DNA of 64,000 bases from Aureisphaera galaxeae (GTDB lineage: Bacteria > Bacteroidota > Bacteroidia > Flavobacteriales > Flavobacteriaceae), in assembly GCF_028561275.1 (NCBI RefSeq), contig NZ_JAQQTF010000002.1:340812-404811 (forward strand), in the 5' to 3' direction. Shown here piece after piece: positions 59,122-64,000 of this stretch. Within the stretch, counting starts at the first letter, position 1. Each line of letters opens with the position of its first letter. The notes under the pieces were generated by a model. The model was not told where the DNA came from and made no database searches. It saw only the letters and a list, made by a program, of their open reading frames with translations. Position numbers and translations under genes: made by a program.

Positions 59122-60378
59122 TTAAGTGAAGATCAGATTCTGGAAATCCATTTCTGTTAGGTTAAGCTCCTGAAGGTGTTTCTTTGCGACTTCTTCACAT
59201 TTGTTTCGGAGCTCGTTTTTTTCCTTAGCTGGCAAAGCTAGTTCTGCATTGATTGCTTGATACCATCCCTCTCTATATTGATAATGATAATGTAAGTATT
59301 CTTTGACGGGAAAAATGAATCCGTCAATCTTGGCTTGTAGTTCGGCTATTTTCCCTTGTATGGAAGAGATTTCTTGCTTTATTATGCTGATTTTACTCAA
59401 AAGATCATTTTTGTGTATGTTTAAATTGTGTATTTCTTCTTTTTTAGATCTAATAAAGGCTTTTATTTTATCCACATTTTCATGTTCCTTCATGATAAAG
59501 TCAAATACTAATCCCCATATTATATAGACCACGAATCCTGCGAAGATAATTCCCCAAAAGTTTACACTTTGGATCGCATTCCAAGGGGTAAATTGTTGAC
59601 CAATTATTGCATCGAATAAGAAAATTTTCTTTTCTATGAGGTAGGCTAGGATTACATCAAAAAGGAAGGTGAGTATAAAAAGAGCAGCTAATTTCATGAA
59701 GACTTTCCACCCTTTCTTTTTTTGAAACATGTGAATTAAATACCCAAGTCCCATAAAGACGAAGGGTATTGTTCCAACAAATATTGCTTCCAGCCAACCA
59801 TCTGAAATCGCTTTTCCTAGAGCGTTAGAATCAAAGATTGCCGCCGTTAAGCTATCGGATTCAAAATTTTTGAAAAAAGCCGAGTAAGAGGCGGAAATGT
59901 AAAAGACAAAGAGGTAGATCGTTATCGGAAGAAGAATTGAAATTCCAATGTAAAATTGGGCTTTCGGCCGTTTGTCTGCATCAATACCATATCGTTCTGG
60001 ATTTTGCTTAACATCTATCATTTCAAACTGTCTATCTTTTATTGTGGATGAGATGGTTTTTAATTGATCTTCTGTAATCGCAATTACGGTTTCCCTCTTC
60101 TTAAGTTCCGTTTTACATTTTTCCTGTTCCTCTTTATAAGGCTGCTTTAGCCGTAGTTGTTCATTGAGTTGTTTGCGACATTGATCTTCAAAACTGTTAT
60201 AAAGGTTTTTAAGTCCCACCCCGAACGTGACAGGCTCACCCGAAGCTTTGGTAGAAGCCCCATAACCACTTTGAAAATAAGTGATTCGAATCTGCTCTTT
60301 GGATTCTGAAGATGTACTTTTAGACTCTTTTTCTATACCGTTCTTTTTTAAAGCAAAGAGGTTTTTGATGTTTTCCAT
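59122..60378 (-). CDS. Hypothetical 4-TM membrane protein with N- and C-terminal coiled-coil regions
   Basis: About 150-aa coiled-coil N-terminus, four TM helices and about 120-aa coiled-coil C-terminus (ISSIQGKIAELQAKIDGF). 418 aa. Confidence 0.4.
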   Translation of the reverse strand: MENIKNLFALKKNGIEKESKSTSSESKEQIRITYFQSGYGASTKASGEPVTFGVGLKNLYNSFEDQCRKQLNEQLRLKQPYKEEQEKCKTELKKRETVIAITEDQLKTISSTIKDRQFEMIDVKQNPERYGIDADKRPKAQFYIGISILLPITIYLFVFYISASYSAFFKNFESDSLTAAIFDSNALGKAISDGWLEAIFVGTIPFVFMGLGYLIHMFQKKKGWKVFMKLAALFILTFLFDVILAYLIEKKIFLFDAIIGQQFTPWNAIQSVNFWGIIFAGFVVYIIWGLVFDFIMKEHENVDKIKAFIRSKKEEIHNLNIHKNDLLSKISIIKQEISSIQGKIAELQAKIDGFIFPVKEYLHYHYQYREGWYQAINAELALPAKEKNELRNKCEEVAKKHLQELNLTEMDFQNLIFT

Positions 60379-60382
60379 GGTA

Positions 60383-60787
60383 CTATGCCTTTAGATTGTT
60401 TAGAATGTCATCTTTACTAACCTTCTTATTGGCGCATTCCAATAAGTATTCAGTTATGGGAATTATTTTATCATCCTCAAAGTCAAATTTTTTACAGTAC
60501 TTTTTTAAAGTATTGTATTCATCTTCGGTGACTTTTCCATCAGCCCAAATCATTAAGGCTAAATCATATAAATATTCTACCCGACCTTCTAGGGTCTCAG
60601 GAATAGTCGAATAGGAATCAGGACTTAAAAGCAAGCCGTTTAGTTGGACTTTTGAAATACCTCGGTCCTCAGCAAACTTGTATAGCATTCGTAACTCAAG
60701 AACATCAAAGTCCTCATCGGAAAGAGCAATTTGATATAGTCTTAGAAAGTGACTTTTTAATTCTGTTGAAATAATAATTTTTTCCAT
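60383..60787 (-). CDS. TerB-like (tellurite-resistance TerB / DjlA-N-like) domain protein
   Basis: 134 aa. Paired helical motif with conserved acidic positions (ALSDEDFDVLELRMLYKFAEDRG...LALMIWADGKVTEDEYNTLKKY) resembles the TerB fold. Confidence 0.45.
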   Translation of the reverse strand: MEKIIISTELKSHFLRLYQIALSDEDFDVLELRMLYKFAEDRGISKVQLNGLLLSPDSYSTIPETLEGRVEYLYDLALMIWADGKVTEDEYNTLKKYCKKFDFEDDKIIPITEYLLECANKKVSKDDILNNLKA

Positions 60788-60796
60788 AATAGATGA

Positions 60797-61168
60797 TTAA
60801 ACCATTCGATCTCGGTCCAGTATTTTTTCATTTCTTATTGTCGCTTTTTGACTCTGGTCTGTCCTTTTTTTGGGTGCAAAAACCTGAAGCAGAAACAAGA
60901 TGCCTACAACAATGTCTATGGGAATCCATTTCGATTTTTGGTACAGGTATACCGGGTAAATGGGATTGAAAACGATTGCTACGACCGAAAATAGAGCCAC
61001 CCAATACCATGTTTTCACCCGACTTAAAATCACCCAAAGGGAGCCTATGAAAACCACAATCCGCAAGAAGGTGTAGTATTCTATGGGTAGATGTAGTATT
61101 CCCATGAATAATAGGATGGCACAGATTCCTGAAATAATTGTATTTAATTGGCTGGGAGAGTTTGACAT
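60797..61168 (-). CDS. Hypothetical small 3-TM membrane protein
   Basis: 123 aa with three hydrophobic helices. No domain. Confidence 0.35.
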   Translation of the reverse strand: MSNSPSQLNTIISGICAILLFMGILHLPIEYYTFLRIVVFIGSLWVILSRVKTWYWVALFSVVAIVFNPIYPVYLYQKSKWIPIDIVVGILFLLQVFAPKKRTDQSQKATIRNEKILDRDRMV

Positions 61169-61186
61169 TTTTTTGGGAATAATAAA

Positions 61187-61555
61187 TTATCCTAATGTTG
61201 ATCCATTCTGTAAAATCACTTTTTCAGGATTCCAGATTAGCTTAATATCCTTTAAGTCTTTGTCTCTAAGAGCCCTATCTTCGGATCTGTAAGGATTATA
61301 TTCAGTGGTAGCATTCCAGGTTACTTTTCCTCCTGCCTTAATAGGTTGATCATAAACAAAACTCATTGATTGAATTTTTTCATCAAAGATGTTATTGAAG
61401 ACGACTTCTCCTTTAATCGCCCTTATACCATTGTCAGATTTATTATGGATTAGGAATGTATACGTTATAAATTCTTCATAATCGTATTCTGTATATCCCT
61501 TTTTTGAGCAATGAACTTCTATTAATTCTTTCAGATTATTATTGTTTAATTCCAT
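61187..61555 (-). CDS. Hypothetical protein (122 aa), first gene of the AT-rich operon
   Basis: Soluble, no recognisable motif. Separated by 19 nt from the next gene. Confidence 0.35.
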   Translation of the reverse strand: MELNNNNLKELIEVHCSKKGYTEYDYEEFITYTFLIHNKSDNGIRAIKGEVVFNNIFDEKIQSMSFVYDQPIKAGGKVTWNATTEYNPYRSEDRALRDKDLKDIKLIWNPEKVILQNGSTLG

Positions 61556-61697
61556 GATTTAATGTTTATAAGTTGGCCTTTTACAAGGCTTCCCTGATTT
61601 TGCGTGAATTCAGCTAGTTTCCAGTAAATCGAATTTTTATTGTGTAATGGAAAATGTCCTGATTCAAAAATTCTTAGCTAGATTTAAGCAATCATGA

Positions 61698-62186
61698 TTA
61701 TTGCTTGATTACATATTTTTTAAAGACATACCCTGAGAGGGTTTTGTTCAAGAGCTTTACCCGAATCCAGGATCCGGAAGCCTCAACCAGTTCCAGTTTT
61801 TCATTTTTTGCTAACTTTTTCAAGACGTCGTATTTCGTGCCGGGACCTTTTCTTAGGTTCAAGGTCTCCGCAGAAACCACAAGGATATCGCCCGTACGAA
61901 ACGTTGGTTTCTTAGTATTAAAAGAAGAGGGTCGGGAAACACTGGAAGATCTAGGGCTGCAAACGCCACAAGAGCCTCCATTCTTTGCACAGTGCCTACA
62001 TCCCGTGCAATTTTTACACGCGGTACAGTAAGCGGAACCCGTACATCCTCTTTCGGTTGTGCAACAGGAAGCAATGGCATCGGTGTTTTGCACGAGTGCT
62101 GCGACGTAGATGAAAAAAAGGAAAGGCAGAATTAAAAGAGTTTTCATAATCTTATGTATTGTCCTCCTCTTCAGCAATTGGAGCAT
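61698..62186 (-). CDS. Secreted Cys-rich protein with C-terminal bacterial SH3 (SH3b) domain
   Basis: Signal peptide. 11 Cys within CCTTERGCTGSAYCTACKNCTGCRHCAKNGGSCGVC. C-terminal SH3b-like region (GDILVVSAETLNLRKGPGTKYDVLKKLAKNEKLELVEASGSWIRV). Confidence 0.5.
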   Translation of the reverse strand: MLQLLKRRTIHKIMKTLLILPFLFFIYVAALVQNTDAIASCCTTERGCTGSAYCTACKNCTGCRHCAKNGGSCGVCSPRSSSVSRPSSFNTKKPTFRTGDILVVSAETLNLRKGPGTKYDVLKKLAKNEKLELVEASGSWIRVKLLNKTLSGYVFKKYVIKQ

Positions 62187-62337
62187 TCTTTCTTACCGAT
62201 TCAATTCCCTTTTCGCAGGCTTGTTTAGAGTTGTACATTTCACTAGTAGCAATGATTTCTCCGTTTCCTGCCTTTAGATTGAAGAAAAAGTACTTGTCGT
62301 TTTTACTTTTTTGGATTGTAAATTTTGGTTTTCCCAT
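62152..62337 (-). CDS. YegP/DUF1508-family small protein
   Basis: 61 aa. MGKPKFTIQKSKNDKYFFFNLKAGNGEIIATSEMY matches the DUF1508 repeat signature. Confidence 0.55.
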   Translation of the reverse strand: MGKPKFTIQKSKNDKYFFFNLKAGNGEIIATSEMYNSKQACEKGIESVRKNAPIAEEEDNT

Positions 62338-62349
62338 GTTGTGTACATT

Positions 62350-62631
62350 TTAATTAATGAATCGTTTTGCTATGTCTTTTTCTGGTATTACTTGATTGTT
62401 TTTCAATAAAACTTGAGTTTCCTGTGTAATCGGATTCTTAAAAGTTTCGAAACCAGGCCGGCAGTTTTTGTATCGAAAAACCAGAGCTTTTAATCCACTT
62501 ATTAATCCGTTTTCTCTAGTCGTCTTGTATACATGTTGCGAACAGGACATTCTGAAAATACACCTACCTCTTTTTGAAGCAGGAATTATATGCCAATACC
62601 ACTTAATAGCGAATAGTAATAGATGTTTCAT
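62350..62631 (-). CDS. yidD: Membrane protein insertion efficiency factor YidD
   Basis: Conserved CxFxxSCSxY core (GRCIFRMSCSQHVYKTTRENG). Confidence 0.65.
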   Translation of the reverse strand: MKHLLLFAIKWYWHIIPASKRGRCIFRMSCSQHVYKTTRENGLISGLKALVFRYKNCRPGFETFKNPITQETQVLLKNNQVIPEKDIAKRFIN

Positions 62632-62858
62632 TTTCTAAATACCGCCATTTGTCTGTGAGTAGTAAACCCAGGCTGAGCACCAATTCCAAAACATCCATTA
62701 ATGGGATTTACAAATGAGGTTACGCTTTCCAGCCGGACATATTCCCAACCGAGGTTTGTTTGATTTTGAATCAAATCCTCTAACTGTTCTGCAACCTGCT
62801 TTTGTGTGTTCTTGGCCCTGTCAATTGAAGCGACAAAGGGTACTACCTTGTATTCCAT
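62628..62858 (-). CDS. DUF4177-domain protein
   Basis: 76 aa. MEYKVV...GWEYV pattern typical of DUF4177. Confidence 0.5.
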   Translation of the reverse strand: MEYKVVPFVASIDRAKNTQKQVAEQLEDLIQNQTNLGWEYVRLESVTSFVNPINGCFGIGAQPGFTTHRQMAVFRK

Positions 62859-62903
62859 AACTTAAAAGTTTAGAAGGAGGCCTTAATTAAAGCCTCCTTG
62901 ATT

Positions 62904-63074
62904 CTAGGCGTATGCGATTAATTTCCAATCGGTTGAATTTCCATTGTGTGGAGGAAATGTTTCGCCCTCAGAGAGTGGAATGGTATCTATGGGAGGTGAT
63001 TGCGCCTCCCAAACTCCTGATTCTGGACATTTTTGTCCTGTGTGTCTAATTGTTCCCAATGGTGTTCTAGCCAT
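62904..63074 (-). CDS. Small hypothetical protein (55 aa), not in the ORF track
   Basis: Minus-strand ORF MARTPLGTIRHTGQKCPESGVWEAQSPPIDTIPLSEGETFPPHNGNSTDWKLIAYA in otherwise non-coding spacer. Coding status unverified. Confidence 0.3.
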   Translation of the reverse strand: MARTPLGTIRHTGQKCPESGVWEAQSPPIDTIPLSEGETFPPHNGNSTDWKLIAYA

Positions 63075-63168
63075 AGTTTTAAGTTTTAGATTTATACTCC
63101 AAACCTAAAACCCTTAGCAGTCAAATCCTTGCGGGAATCCGCGAAGCAAAAAAAAATGTGAAAAGAAA

Positions 63169-63837
63169 TTAGAGAAACCCCAATTTGGTGGCCTTATGTA
63201 CCAATTGGGCAGGAGTAGAAGCATCAAAATGGTCTTTTAACCTACTAATACGGTCTTCTACGGTACGCATACTATTGGGAGAAATATCTTCTTGTTTCAG
63301 ATGTTCAGGAATATCTATTTGCTTGATACCTCTGGCAAGCAATCGCATTAAATGAATTTCGTATTCGCCTATTTGTAATACGTGTTTTTGTTCCAGAAAG
63401 GATCGCGTAACCGGGCAAATATAGGTCTGTCCCTTGTGTACAAGATGTATGGCTTTTGTAAGTTCTTTAAGACCATTAAGCCCCTTGCAAACATGAGCCT
63501 CAACTCTCAGGTCGTTCATTAGCGACTTGATGATACCTTGCTTTCCATTTCCCGTAAAAACAATAATCTTTAATTCCGGTTGTATTTCCCGTACACGTTT
63601 TATGAGTTCTTCCCCAGATGGAATCTCATCTTTTCCGAAAGAGGAGGTGAATTCCAAATCGGTAATGAGTAATTCGAAGGGTGCTTCCTCGAGCAATGCC
63701 TTTTTAATTTGCCAGTAAGTGTCTATACAAAAAGAGGTTTGTGAAATGGTCGGAATATTCAGTTCCTTAAGGGCTGTCATCATCCCTGTTTTGCTATCTT
63801 CATAATCTTCGGCAACAATTACTTTGGTAAAGGACAT
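63169..63837 (-). CDS. LuxR/NarL-family response regulator (receiver + HTH)
   Basis: Start taken at MSFTKVIVAEDYED (63837), 10 nt after the stop of the upstream kinase fragment. Phospho-acceptor Asp context LLITDLEF. C-terminal LuxR-type HTH (ISPNSMRTVEDRISRLKDHF). Confidence 0.7.
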   Translation of the reverse strand: MSFTKVIVAEDYEDSKTGMMTALKELNIPTISQTSFCIDTYWQIKKALLEEAPFELLITDLEFTSSFGKDEIPSGEELIKRVREIQPELKIIVFTGNGKQGIIKSLMNDLRVEAHVCKGLNGLKELTKAIHLVHKGQTYICPVTRSFLEQKHVLQIGEYEIHLMRLLARGIKQIDIPEHLKQEDISPNSMRTVEDRISRLKDHFDASTPAQLVHKATKLGFL

Positions 63838-63847
63838 GGTTTTCAAT

Positions 63848-64000
63848 TTAAATAGGGATTTCAATTTTTAGGGTGAATCCCTGTTGTAAATCCGATCCTA
63901 AATTAAGTCTGCCGCCCAGTTCTTTCACGCGGGTTTCCGCACTGCGGAGTTTGGGCTGAGCGACTTCCGTTCCTTTTCCGTTGTCGGAATAATTAATGAT
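63848..64000 (-). CDS. Sensor histidine kinase, C-terminal fragment (gene continues beyond window end)
   Basis: Minus-strand reading ends ...NYSDNGKGTEVAQPKLRSAETRVKELGGRLNLGSDLQQGFTLKIEIPI*. This is the HATPase_c G2-box region of a NarX/LiaS-like kinase lying upstream of a LuxR-type regulator. Confidence 0.5.
   Translation of the reverse strand: MINYSDNGKGTEVAQPKLRSAETRVKELGGRLNLGSDLQQGFTLKIEIPI

Overview
This window reads as a chromosomal segment from a Flavobacteriia-type Bacteroidetes genome. Evidence: GC around 40-45 %, no Shine-Dalgarno sequences, TAnnTTTG -7 promoter boxes, gliding genes gldE-gldD downstream of mutY-ssb, TonB-dependent receptors paired with DUF4249, and a long NagB-LmbE fusion. 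Most of the window is conserved housekeeping: panD-panC, glmS, atpD-atpC, nagB, glpF-glpK-glpD, bioF-bioD-bioA and bioB, recX, tonB, rng, HU, mutY, ssb, rplU-rpmA. It also carries two TonB-dependent receptor loci, an ECF sigma/anti-sigma/DUF4097 module, and LytS/LytTR and HK/LuxR two-component systems. Three regions stand out. (1) 35.7-41.5 kb is a tightly packed minus-strand operon: a tandem 11-residue-repeat acidic Ala-rich protein, a PaaK/F390-synthetase-like adenylating enzyme, a short HisG-like phosphoribosyltransferase, a short SAICAR-synthetase (PurC)-like ligase, an SDR and a Cof-type HAD phosphatase. A JmjC/cupin oxygenase lies divergently beside it. I consider this a candidate undescribed biosynthetic or modification system. 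(2) 57.7-61.6 kb is an AT-rich six-gene operon of uncharacterised membrane, lipoprotein, TerB-like and DUF4236 proteins, with a composition suggesting horizontal acquisition. (3) Two tandem lipoproteins at 34-35.7 kb are built from repeated FN3-like modules. No CRISPR arrays, rRNA or obvious tRNA genes were found.
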